Source: an uncultured Nitrosomonadales bacterium (GTDB taxonomy: Bacteria; Pseudomonadota; Gammaproteobacteria; Burkholderiales; Gallionellaceae). From it: DNA of 64,000 nt. The stretch is taken from assembly GCA_903878125.1 (NCBI GenBank), contig CAIRGS010000153.1, positions 181 to 64,180 of the forward strand, given 5' to 3'. The notes beneath the pieces are model-generated. The model did no database searches, was not told where the DNA came from, and was given only the letters and a program-made list of their open reading frames with translations. Made by a program: the position numbers and the translations under genes. This document shows, piece after piece, positions 1-8,619 of this stretch (positions are counted from its first letter, which is position 1; the number at the start of each line of letters is the position of its first letter).

Positions 1-389
1 AGGACGTGGAAAACGTATATGACCTGGTGTGGGCCAGGAACGGCGACAGCATCGTGACATACGGCGACATATACCACCAGAACGAGGTGGAACAATCCAA
101 ATACAACTTCGAGCACTCCAACGTTGAGATGTTGTTCCGGCACTTCAGTGAATATGAAGCCGAAGCCAAGCGCTTGATCGCCGCCGAACTGGTATTACCT
201 GGTTTCGAGATGGTGATGAAGTGCTCGCATAGTTTCAATATGCTGGATGCGCGTGGCGCTATTTCGGTGACCGAACGCGCTGCCTACATAGGCCGTGTGC
301 GAACGTTGTCCAGGCTGGTGGCGCAGGCTTATCACGACTCGCGCGAGGCACTTGGCTTTCCGATGTGCAAGGCCGGGGGGGCAAAATAA
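1..389 (+). CDS. glyQ: glycine--tRNA ligase alpha subunit, C-terminal part (5' end outside the window)
   Basis: The frame is open to the window edge. The translation ...[30 protein letters not shown]...REALGFPMC matches the conserved GlyQ C-terminus. Stop TAA 387-389 overlaps the glyS ATG (TAATG). Confidence 0.9.
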   Translation, partial: DVENVYDLVWARNGDSIVTYGDIYHQNEVEQSKYNFEHSNVEMLFRHFSEYEAEAKRLIAAELVLPGFEMVMKCSHSFNMLDARGAISVTERAAYIGRVRTLSRLVAQAYHDSREALGFPMCKAGGAK

Positions 390-2461
390 TGAAACAGACT
401 TTATTGATTGAGCTGCTTACCGAAGAGCTACCGCCCAAGGCATTGGAACGTCTTTCCACTGTTTTCGCCTATGAAATATTTACTGAACTGCGCGAGCAAA
501 AACTGGCGGGTGAAGATAGCATTTGCACACCTTTTGCCACTCCGCGTCGGCTGGCCCTGACAATTACCAATGTTGAGTTGCAGCAGGCTGATCGTGTGAT
601 GGAACGCAAAGGCCCCGCAGTAACCGCCGGGATTGATGCCGAAGGCAAACCCAGCAAAGCACTGGAAGGTTTCATGCGCGGCGCAGGCGTGACGTTTGAA
701 CAATTGCAGCGTAATAATGACGACAAGACGGAATATTTCGTCGCTCGGTTAGAGAAAAAAGGTCAGCGCCTGGATACCTATTTGGCCGACATCATCACTC
801 AAGCTTTGAAGAAACTGCCCATCCCCAAACTAATGCGCTGGGGCGACTCCGACCACCAGTTTGTGCGTCCCGTGCATGGTTTGGTTATGCTGCATGGGGA
901 TCGCATCGTGCCCGGCGAAGTATTGGGACTACAGAGTGGACGGTTAACGAGCGGGCATCGCTTCCTCCATACCGGTGAAATGCAGCTCATATCCGCCAAT
1001 GGCTATGAAGAAGCATTGTTGACGCACGGCAAGGTTATTGCCTCTTTTGAAAAGCGCCGCACCAAAATTGACGAACATCTCAAAGCCAAGGCGCACGCAC
1101 TCAACGCGCGCATTAATCCATCCGATGGCCTGCTGGATGAAGTCACGGCGCTGGTGGAATGGCCGGTAGTTTATGTTGGCGAGTTCGAGGAGGAATACCT
1201 TGAAGTGCCGCAGGAATGCCTGATACTCACCATGCAGCAGAACCAGAAGTATTTTCCATTATTGGATAACGATGGCAAGCTGCTCAATAAATTTCTGATT
1301 GTTTCCAACATGCAGGTGGACAATCCCAAGCACATTATCGATGGCAACCAACGTGTGATGCGTCCGCGCCTGGCCGATGCGCGCTTCTTCTTCAACCAGG
1401 ATCGCAAGCAGACGCTGGAATCGCGCGTCGCCCGGCTAGGCAACGTGGTCTATCACAACAAGTTGGGCACACAATTGCAGCGCGTCGAGCGCATCACTAC
1501 CCTGGCTGGTGCCATCGCACACCAGCTTAATGCTGAAAAATCTGTGGCTGAACTGGCGGCACGTCTGGCCAAGGCCGATTTGACCACCGACATGGTCGGC
1601 GAATTTCCGGAACTGCAAGGCATTATGGGACGCTATTATGCGCTGCATGACGGCGAGAATCAGGTAGTGGCAAACGCTGTTGCGGCGCACTACCACCCGC
1701 GTTTTGCCGGAGACACTCTGCCGCAGGGCGCAGTGGCTTGTGCGGTGGCTCTGGCTGACAAGCTGGATACACTGGTTGGCATTTACGGCATCGGTCTGGT
1801 TCCCACTGGTGACAAAGATCCATTTGGATTACGCCGTCACGCGCTGGGCGTGTTGCGCATTCTAATCGAGACCCCGCTGGCGTTGCCGCTGGATACACTA
1901 TTGCAATTGAGCAAGGAAAGTTTCTCCGCTGAAAAATTGAGCGGCAGTGTCGTGGCCGATGTGCATGGCTTCATGCTCGATCGGCTGCGCGGTTATTTGC
2001 GCGAACGCGATTTTTCTCCCGATGAAATTGAAGCGGTTGTGTGTCAAAACCCGACGCGTATTGATCTTGTGATACCGCGTCTGGAAGCGGTGTGTGCCTT
2101 CCGCAAACTGCCGGAAGCGGCGGCATTGGCGGCCGCCAACAAACGCATTCAGAATATTCTGAAGAAAACCGCCACGGTAGAAGCCGAAATTCAGGTTGGG
2201 CTGTTGCACGAAAATGCTGAGCGCAACCTGTATGAAGTCGTGCAACGCCTCGCACCGCAGGTGGAAGCCGGAATGCAGAAACAGGATTACACCGCAATGC
2301 TCACTTTGCTGGCCTCGGCGCGCACAGTAGTAGATGAATTTTTCGACCAGGTGATGGTGATGGCAGAAGATGCTGCTGTGCGGGATAATCGTCTGGCCTT
2401 GCTGAAGCGACTGGGTGACCTGATGAATCAGGTCGCTGACATCTCCAGACTGGCAGCCTAA
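389..2461 (+). CDS. glyS: glycine--tRNA ligase beta subunit
   Basis: About 690 aa starting [19 protein letters not shown], the typical GlyS N-terminus. It is translationally coupled to glyQ. The longer ORF start at 365 lies inside glyQ and is unlikely. Confidence 0.93.
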   Translation: MKQTLLIELLTEELPPKALERLSTVFAYEIFTELREQKLAGEDSICTPFATPRRLALTITNVELQQADRVMERKGPAVTAGIDAEGKPSKALEGFMRGAGVTFEQLQRNNDDKTEYFVARLEKKGQRLDTYLADIITQALKKLPIPKLMRWGDSDHQFVRPVHGLVMLHGDRIVPGEVLGLQSGRLTSGHRFLHTGEMQLISANGYEEALLTHGKVIASFEKRRTKIDEHLKAKAHALNARINPSDGLLDEVTALVEWPVVYVGEFEEEYLEVPQECLILTMQQNQKYFPLLDNDGKLLNKFLIVSNMQVDNPKHIIDGNQRVMRPRLADARFFFNQDRKQTLESRVARLGNVVYHNKLGTQLQRVERITTLAGAIAHQLNAEKSVAELAARLAKADLTTDMVGEFPELQGIMGRYYALHDGENQVVANAVAAHYHPRFAGDTLPQGAVACAVALADKLDTLVGIYGIGLVPTGDKDPFGLRRHALGVLRILIETPLALPLDTLLQLSKESFSAEKLSGSVVADVHGFMLDRLRGYLRERDFSPDEIEAVVCQNPTRIDLVIPRLEAVCAFRKLPEAAALAAANKRIQNILKKTATVEAEIQVGLLHENAERNLYEVVQRLAPQVEAGMQKQDYTAMLTLLASARTVVDEFFDQVMVMAEDAAVRDNRLALLKRLGDLMNQVADISRLAA

Positions 2462-2463
2462 AA

Positions 2464-3006
2464 TTGGGGGCAATAGTGAAGCTCATCATCCTTGACCGCG
2501 ACGGCGTTATCAATTATGGCTCCCCTCAATTCATCAAGCACCCGAATGAATGGAAGCCGCTACCCGGCAGTCTTGAAGCGATTGCGCGCCTGGTGCAGGC
2601 GGACTATCGCGTGGTGGTGGCGACCAATCAATCAGGTATAGGACGCGGTCTGTTCGATATGCTCACGCTGAATGCCATTCACGACAAGATGTATAAAACG
2701 GTGGCGCAGGCAGCTGGCCGCATTGATGCAGTATTTTACTGTCCCCATGCGGCGGAAGCCAACTGCTCTTGCCGCAAACCTAAAACCGGCATGCTGGAAA
2801 CAATTGCCGTGCGCTATAACGTGAGCCTGAAGGGCGTGCCTATGGTAGGCGATGCGTTACGCGATCTGGAAGCCGCAGCCACGATGGGCGCACAGCCGAT
2901 ACTGGTGCTTACCGGTAAGGGCGCAAAGACCCAGGCCAAAGGCGGTTTGCCGGAAGGCACTCTAATTTATCGTGATCTGGCAGCAGTCGTTGCCACCCTA
3001 ATTTAA
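2464..3006 (+). CDS. gmhB: D-glycero-beta-D-manno-heptose 1,7-bisphosphate 7-phosphatase (HAD superfamily)
   Basis: HAD motif I ILDRDGVIN and the Cys cluster CPHAAEANCSCRKP typical of GmhB. Position directly after glyQS. The true start may be GTG 2476. Confidence 0.8.
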   Translation: MGAIVKLIILDRDGVINYGSPQFIKHPNEWKPLPGSLEAIARLVQADYRVVVATNQSGIGRGLFDMLTLNAIHDKMYKTVAQAAGRIDAVFYCPHAAEANCSCRKPKTGMLETIAVRYNVSLKGVPMVGDALRDLEAAATMGAQPILVLTGKGAKTQAKGGLPEGTLIYRDLAAVVATLI

Positions 3007-3080
3007 TGGCATTTCTAAATAATCTGGATTTTCCATTCCTGCCTGCGCGGGAACGACGATATTTTTAAAATTTCTCTGAT

Positions 3081-3785
3081 ATGGTATTCATACGCTCGCT
3101 GATTTTTCTGCTCCTGCAAATCGTCATTACGCCGCTGTTTACGCTAATTGCAATACTCACCTTTCCATTTCATCCAATTACACGTTATCGCATCATCTCT
3201 GGCTGGGCGCTTATCATGCTATGGCTGTTGCGCGTGGTATGCGACATCCGCATGGAAGTGCGCGGCGCAAATAACATCCCGAATAAACCGTGCCTTGTGC
3301 TGTGCAAGCATCAATCTGCATGGGAAACCATCGCGCTACAAAAAGTATTTCCGCCGCAAGTATGGGTGATCAAACGTGAACTGCTGTGTCTTCCTTTTTT
3401 CGGTTGGGGTCTCGCGATGACCAGCCCCGTAGCCATTAAACGTAGCGAAGGCCGCGAGGCAATCAAACAATTGCTACGCCAGGGTAAAGAACGGCTGGCG
3501 CTAGGCTTCTGCGTGGTTATTTTCCCTGAAGGAACACGCATTCCTTTTGGTCAGCGCGGCAAATACAAGATCGGCGGCGCACTTCTAGGTGCATCCAGCG
3601 GCGTTCCAATAGTTCCTGTGGCGCACAATGCGGGAAAACTGTGGGGACGCAAATCCTTTCTCAAGTATCCGGGCGTTATCATCATGAGCATAGGACCACC
3701 CATTGATCCCGCCGGTCTCAAAGCTGAGGAGATCAATCGACGCGTGGAAGAGTGGATCGAAACCGAAGTCACGCGGCTGCCCTGA
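3081..3785 (+). CDS. plsC: 1-acyl-sn-glycerol-3-phosphate acyltransferase
   Basis: N-terminal TM segment, acyltransferase motifs CKHQSAWE (HX4D/E-type block) and FPEGTR, 234 aa. Confidence 0.8.
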   Translation: MVFIRSLIFLLLQIVITPLFTLIAILTFPFHPITRYRIISGWALIMLWLLRVVCDIRMEVRGANNIPNKPCLVLCKHQSAWETIALQKVFPPQVWVIKRELLCLPFFGWGLAMTSPVAIKRSEGREAIKQLLRQGKERLALGFCVVIFPEGTRIPFGQRGKYKIGGALLGASSGVPIVPVAHNAGKLWGRKSFLKYPGVIIMSIGPPIDPAGLKAEEINRRVEEWIETEVTRLP

Positions 3786-4543
3786 TGCTTGATAAACTGC
3801 GCCAACTGATTACCCCGCTGGCCGTCGAACAACGCACAGTGAACCTGGATGGCACCCAGGTTACCTACACCCTCAAACGTACTAATCGGCGCCGCAGCAT
3901 AGGCCTGCGCATCGACAATCACGGGCTGACGGTAAACATGCCGCTGCGTGCCTCGGAGAAATGGCTGCATGATGTATTGCAGGACAAAGCGCATTGGGTG
4001 GTAAAAAAACTTGAAAATTGGCAAGCAAAGAAGCCCATCTCGCCACAATGGCGAGATGGGCAGCCCCTCTTTTTCATCGGCGAGGTGATTACCCTGCGTG
4101 TAGTCGTCAGCTTATTTGCTACGCCTCCGCTGCTGAACGGTGAGCAATTATTCGTACATGTCACAGATGATGCTAACCAAACATTGACAGAGCAGACTGT
4201 CACACAGTGGTATCAACGCGAAGCGAAAAGCCTGTTCAAAGAATGCGTAGAACACTATGCACCTCTGATGAACGTAGCACCGCGCATGGTGAAGCTTTCC
4301 TCCGCGCGCACGCAATGGGGTAGCTGTACCACACGAGGCGATGTGCGCCTCAACTGGCAACTCATCAAAATGCCACTGCACTTGATTGATTACGTCGTAG
4401 TACATGAACTCGCCCACCTTATCGAGATGAACCACTCTACTGAATTTTGGCAGGTAGTCGAAATTGCCTGCCCCGATTATGCCAAGCGACGCCGTGAATT
4501 AAAGCAGTGGCAGATTTCGCCGTCTTGGCAGGCTGAGAACTAG
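3785..4543 (+). CDS. YgjP-like M48/DUF45 family metal-dependent hydrolase
   Basis: C-terminal HELAHLIEMNHSTEFW zinc-binding motif (HExxH) characteristic of DUF45/YgjP. ATG 3785 overlaps the plsC stop (TGATG). The annotated ORF start at 3752 lies inside plsC. Confidence 0.7.
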   Translation: MLDKLRQLITPLAVEQRTVNLDGTQVTYTLKRTNRRRSIGLRIDNHGLTVNMPLRASEKWLHDVLQDKAHWVVKKLENWQAKKPISPQWRDGQPLFFIGEVITLRVVVSLFATPPLLNGEQLFVHVTDDANQTLTEQTVTQWYQREAKSLFKECVEHYAPLMNVAPRMVKLSSARTQWGSCTTRGDVRLNWQLIKMPLHLIDYVVVHELAHLIEMNHSTEFWQVVEIACPDYAKRRRELKQWQISPSWQAEN

Positions 4544-4699
4544 CATGGTGAAATTGCGCACTGTGTAGTTTTCATCAATCTCTGATGAATGCTACGACAT
4601 TGCGACAGCTACCTTGGCGTGTTGATGAAATTCAGTTTCAGTCACTTCCGGTCTTGCCTTTATAATCCTACCTTGTTCCATTTTAATGAGAGTACAACC

Positions 4700-4822
4700 A
4701 TGCGTATGACCGGTATTATGGTGCTGTTAGCGCTCCTGCTGCAGAGCTGCGGGCACAAGGGGCCGCTATTTTTGCCACCGGCACAGCCCTCAATCCAGCC
4801 CCTTCCTGTTCCAAGTAAATAG
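4700..4822 (+). CDS. lptM: small lipoprotein, LptM (YifL/LppL) family
   Basis: 40-aa product MRMTGIMVLLALLLQSCGHKGPLFLPP. It has a signal peptide plus a lipobox Cys followed by the KGPL(Y/F)LP motif. Position immediately upstream of lysA, as for lppL-lysA in pseudomonads. Confidence 0.6.
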   Translation: MRMTGIMVLLALLLQSCGHKGPLFLPPAQPSIQPLPVPSK

Positions 4823-4824
4823 CC

Positions 4825-6072
4825 ATGGCCGATTATTTCAAATACCAGGATAACCAGCTTTGCGCCGAACAAATACCCCTGGCTGATATCGCGCAGCGAT
4901 TTGGTACGCCATGCTATGTGTACTCACACAGTGCGTTAACCGATAGCTATCGCCAATTTGCTGAGGCGTTCAAAGAGCGCGAGCATCTGATCTGCTACGC
5001 GGTTAAGGCTAATCCCAATATCGCCATCCTGAATCTGTTCGCCAAGTTGGGTGCCGGCTTTGATATCGTTTCCGGTGGCGAATTGCAGCGTGTGCTGGCC
5101 GCCGGTGGTGCGGCGAATAAAGTGGTGTTTTCCGGTGTGGGTAAAACAGTGGCGGAAATGCAGCTGGCTTTAGAGGCGGACATTCTGTGCTTTAACGTGG
5201 AATCGGAAGCGGAACTAACCCGCCTGAATGAAGTGGCCAGACAAATAAACAAGGTGGCATCGGTAAGCTTGCGCGTGAACCCAGACGTGGATGCCAAGAC
5301 GCATCCCTACATCTCCACCGGCTTGAAACAAAACAAGTTTGGCGTGGCCTATACGGAAGCGTTGGCGTTATACTGCAAAGCGACTGGGCTACCGCATCTG
5401 CGCGTGGTTGGCATGGATTGCCATATCGGTTCGCACTTGACTGAACTCAGCCCATTTATTGAAGCGACAGAAAAAATGCTGGTGCTGGTAAACACGCTGG
5501 CAAGTGAGGGAATTCGTCTTGAACATCTCGATCTGGGCGGTGGGCTGGGTATCCGCTATCTGGACGAAACCCCGCCTGCCATTGCCGATTATGCCAATGC
5601 GCTACTCAGTGCCCTGCGGGGACGCAGCGAAAAGATCATTATTGAGCCGGGACGGGTTCTGGTTGGCAATGCCGGAGTGCTGCTGACCCAAGTTGAATAT
5701 CTGAAACATGGCGAAGAAAAGCACTTCGCCATCGTCGATGCGGCGATGAACGATCTGATGCGTCCAGCCTTGTACGATGCCTATCATCACATCCAGCCAG
5801 TACAGCTAAGTGATACGCCAGTGCAACAATATGAAGTGGTGGGGCCGGTCTGCGAAACCGGCGACTTCCTTGGAAATGCCCGTAAATTGGCTATCTCGCA
5901 AGGTGATCTGGTTGCGGTGATGTCCGCTGGCGCCTATGGCATGAGCATGAGTTCAAACTACAACACGCGCCCACGTGCAGCCGAAGTAATGGTGGCTGGT
6001 GAAGTCATGCAACTTATCCGGGAACGCGAAACGGTTCAGCAGTTGTTTGCCGGCGAAAAACTTTTTTGTTAG
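4825..6072 (+). CDS. lysA: diaminopimelate decarboxylase
   Basis: 415 aa, PLP-dependent Orn/DAP/Arg decarboxylase family: YAVKANPN (PLP lysine), GGGLGI, CETGD. Confidence 0.93.
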   Translation: MADYFKYQDNQLCAEQIPLADIAQRFGTPCYVYSHSALTDSYRQFAEAFKEREHLICYAVKANPNIAILNLFAKLGAGFDIVSGGELQRVLAAGGAANKVVFSGVGKTVAEMQLALEADILCFNVESEAELTRLNEVARQINKVASVSLRVNPDVDAKTHPYISTGLKQNKFGVAYTEALALYCKATGLPHLRVVGMDCHIGSHLTELSPFIEATEKMLVLVNTLASEGIRLEHLDLGGGLGIRYLDETPPAIADYANALLSALRGRSEKIIIEPGRVLVGNAGVLLTQVEYLKHGEEKHFAIVDAAMNDLMRPALYDAYHHIQPVQLSDTPVQQYEVVGPVCETGDFLGNARKLAISQGDLVAVMSAGAYGMSMSSNYNTRPRAAEVMVAGEVMQLIRERETVQQLFAGEKLFC

Positions 6073-6151
6073 CCACACGAAAAACTTTAGCCCGCCGTCT
6101 TTTAGACAGCGCTAATTGTTTGCAATATCGCATATCCATCAGGATGCAAAT

Positions 6152-6292
6152 ATGAAATCCAGATTTGCTACTCTAATCATTTATTCATTTTTTTGTCTTT
6201 CAACCTTCGCTGCTCCGGCTTCATGGTACCAATGGAAAAGCAAATTAAATGACGAACGTTACTGCGCGCAAACTTCTCCGGGCTATGAATGA
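6152..6292 (+). CDS. small predicted secreted protein (46 aa as sequenced; the frame stays open past TGA to 6397)
   Basis: AGGA is 7 nt upstream of ATG 6152. MKSRFATLIIYSFFCLSTFA/AP is a signal peptide. Mature part: ASWYQWKSKLNDERYCAQTSPGYE, then TGA. It is not in the supplied ORF track because it is under 60 aa. Confidence 0.4.
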   Translation: MKSRFATLIIYSFFCLSTFAAPASWYQWKSKLNDERYCAQTSPGYE

Positions 6293-6552
6293 GAACAAGA
6301 TAATTGCCCCTACAAAGATGCTCGTTGTGAAATTCGCGCGGTCGTCAAAAACGAAGTTGCTACTACCAAGCCCGACAACAAGTCACCTCTTTTGTAATCT
6401 TCCGACACTGCACATTTCTCATCATCGACTCCGCTCTGATGCGTTGGTTGAACACGATAAACAGGCTGAAATATCCTCGCTTCATATTGCCGATAACAAG
6501 CCAGAGTGCTTTATGATGCATGCACAATCGACGATGAACGAAGGATATCGAC

Positions 6553-7809
6553 ATGGAAATTGACACCATGCAAGCAATTGGGGCAGGACTTTTTGCCCTC
6601 GCGTTGCTACATACATTTGCCGCTAAATCATTGGACAGTCTCGCCCACCGTTACCCTCGACATGCAGGTCTGTTTCATCTATTGGGCGAGGTTGAGGTGG
6701 TTTTCGGATTCTGGGCATTCGTTCTGATTGTCGTGATGGCGCTGGTATCAGGGGAAGCGAGAGCAATTGCTTACGCTGAGTCACGCCAATACACAGAGCC
6801 GCTGTTCGTATTTGTCGTGATGGTGGTGGCCGCCTCACGGCCAGTACTGGAGATCGTCAGACACCTGCTAATGTTAGTGGCACGCCTGATACCTGCACGT
6901 ACTAACCTTGCGTTAGCGTGGCTGGGCTTGGCTGCGATGCCGTTGATGGGTTCGTTGATTACCGAACCCGCTGCCATGACGCTTGCCGCTCTGATGCTGG
7001 CACCACAAATTTTCCAGCAGGGACTTCCGGAATGGCTTAAATATGGGGCACTGGGCGTGCTGTTTGTTAATGTTTCGATTGGTGGCACGCTGACGCCCTA
7101 CGCTGCACCACCGGTACTCATGGTTGCTTCGGCATGGCATTGGAATACTGCGTTCATGGCGTCAACTTTTGGCTGGAAATCAGGTCTTTCCGTGCTGATT
7201 AATGCGACGGGAATCACCTTCTTGCTGCGCAAGCATATTCACGAAGAGTGCCCAACCATAATTAATGGTCCCACGCCCCCAATCCCCTTGCTGGTCAGCG
7301 TAATCCACTTGGCGTTTTTGGCCGCTGTAGTCACCTTGGCCCATCACCCTGTGCTGTTTTTGGGATTATTCCTGTTGTTTCTCGGCTATACGCAAGCATA
7401 TGAGCGATATCAAAGCCCGCTGATCCTCAAGGAGGGCTTGCTGGTCGGGTTTTTTCTGGCTGGATTGGTCGTATTGGGCGGTATGCAGCAATGGTGGCTG
7501 CAACCCATTGTCTCCAGTCTCAGCCCAACAGCCTTATTCTTTGGAGCTCTCGGACTGACTGCAATTACAGACAATGCGGCGCTCACTTATCTGGGTTCGT
7601 TGATTGCCGGCATGTCAGATCAGGCAAAGTACATGCTGGTTGCGGGTGCAGTAGCCGGAGGTGGCCTGACCGTGATTGCCAATGCGCCTAATCCTGCCGG
7701 CGTGGCACTACTCAGGCGTGGCTTTAACAATGAATCGATTGGGGCTATCGGTTTGCTGCTCGGTGCGCTGCCGCCGACTGCTGTTGCAGCATTATTTTTT
7801 CTGCTGTGA
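6553..7809 (+). CDS. polytopic inner-membrane protein, possibly the putative Na+/H+ antiporter (DUF1504) family
   Basis: 418 aa, about 11-12 hydrophobic segments, N-terminal ...GLFALALLHTF... The family assignment is from memory of that family only, not verified. Confidence 0.45.
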   Translation: MEIDTMQAIGAGLFALALLHTFAAKSLDSLAHRYPRHAGLFHLLGEVEVVFGFWAFVLIVVMALVSGEARAIAYAESRQYTEPLFVFVVMVVAASRPVLEIVRHLLMLVARLIPARTNLALAWLGLAAMPLMGSLITEPAAMTLAALMLAPQIFQQGLPEWLKYGALGVLFVNVSIGGTLTPYAAPPVLMVASAWHWNTAFMASTFGWKSGLSVLINATGITFLLRKHIHEECPTIINGPTPPIPLLVSVIHLAFLAAVVTLAHHPVLFLGLFLLFLGYTQAYERYQSPLILKEGLLVGFFLAGLVVLGGMQQWWLQPIVSSLSPTALFFGALGLTAITDNAALTYLGSLIAGMSDQAKYMLVAGAVAGGGLTVIANAPNPAGVALLRRGFNNESIGAIGLLLGALPPTAVAALFFLL

Positions 7810-8086
7810 AAATAAAAGCAGCTTGGAAAGCTTTGGTGAAAAATTTGCCATAGGCCAAATTCAAACCTGATACCTTCAGTTGCTGCTGATGCCTTACGCT
7901 GCACCATCGGTACTAATGTCATTCGACTTATTGCTTATTAAACGCATACCATTTCATAGCGGTGATTTGTTGGTTTTTTTATTGTTTAATAGGAGGATAC
8001 CGACAGGCTGCTAGGCATTGCACAAAATTCTGATTAGAATGTTACGGGACATTAATTCAAAGTGTAATTATTAAATATCGTCACAG

Positions 8087-8533
8087 ATGCAATTTACCCA
8101 CTTTACAGATTATTCATTGCGCACCTTAATTTACTTGGGCGCACTGCAAAGCAGGTTGGTTACGATCAGCGAGGTTGCTGGCAACTATGGTATTTCGCAA
8201 AGCCATTTAACGAAAGTGGTGCATCAACTAGCCAACCGTGGCTACATTCAAACCATGCGTGGCAAGGGCGGGGGAATGCGCTTGGCGCGCTTACCGCAAC
8301 TGATCAACATCGGGGATGTAGTACGCGATATGGAAGAAAATATCAATCTGGTTGAATGCTTCAATGCAAAAAATCAAAGCTGTCCCTTGCTACCCGCGTG
8401 TATCCTAAAGTCAGTGCTTGTTGAGGCGCGTAAAAATTTCTTTGACACTTTGGATCGCTACACTCTAGCAGATTTATTGACCAATCAATCATCTCTCAGA
8501 AAAATGCTCGACCTTCAGAATAAAACTCATTAA
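8087..8533 (+). CDS. nsrR: Rrf2-family NO-sensing transcriptional repressor NsrR
   Basis: MQFTHFTDYSLRTLIYLG... is co-linear with E. coli NsrR (MQLTSFTDYGLRALIYM...), down to ...YTLADL... Three-Cys cluster ECFNAKNQSCPLLPAC for Fe-S ligation. Confidence 0.8.
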   Translation: MQFTHFTDYSLRTLIYLGALQSRLVTISEVAGNYGISQSHLTKVVHQLANRGYIQTMRGKGGGMRLARLPQLINIGDVVRDMEENINLVECFNAKNQSCPLLPACILKSVLVEARKNFFDTLDRYTLADLLTNQSSLRKMLDLQNKTH

Positions 8534-8619
8534 AGCCAAAACTAATATTTTATTGCTGGCGTATCTATCGCACTATTTCTAAGGGTAGCCTGCCGCTTTA
8601 CGCAACTCAGCCAATGCAA

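Noticed and set aside
3035-3058. A possible REP-like family GTC(G/A)TTCCCGC..., reminiscent of palindromic repeats common in some proteobacteria. Copies or fragments are at 3035-3058, 56654-56665, 56796-56808 and 62829-62839.
   Set aside because: Only one copy forms the full palindrome. The others share just an 11-mer or less, which occurs by chance many times in a window of this size. It is kept only as a side note under the aroK-aroB spacer.
6085-6110. A Neisseria-DUS-like sequence: gccgtct-ttt-agacagc forms an imperfect inverted pair after lysA. Other GCCGTCT hits occur (e.g. atgccgtctg at ~10429, gccgtctgca at ~36772).
   Set aside because: I counted only about five to seven GCCGTCT 7-mers by eye in 64 kb. 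That is about the number expected by chance on two strands. Most are inside genes, and none extends to the full 10-12-mer.
6290-6330. Selenocysteine recoding of the in-frame TGA in the small secreted ORF.
   Set aside because: There is no stable stem-loop with a SECIS-like apical loop within ~40 nt downstream. The context GYE-TGA-E fits a TGG (Trp) ancestor better. No selenoprotein machinery is visible in the window.
7990-8086. An NsrR operator upstream of nsrR (aatgttacgggacatt palindrome) and upstream of the NMO gene (caaatatttg, tttata-tt-tataaa at 9940-10000).
   Set aside because: None matches the 11-1-11 AAnATGCATTT-type NsrR inverted repeat. They are short AT-rich palindromes expected in promoter DNA.
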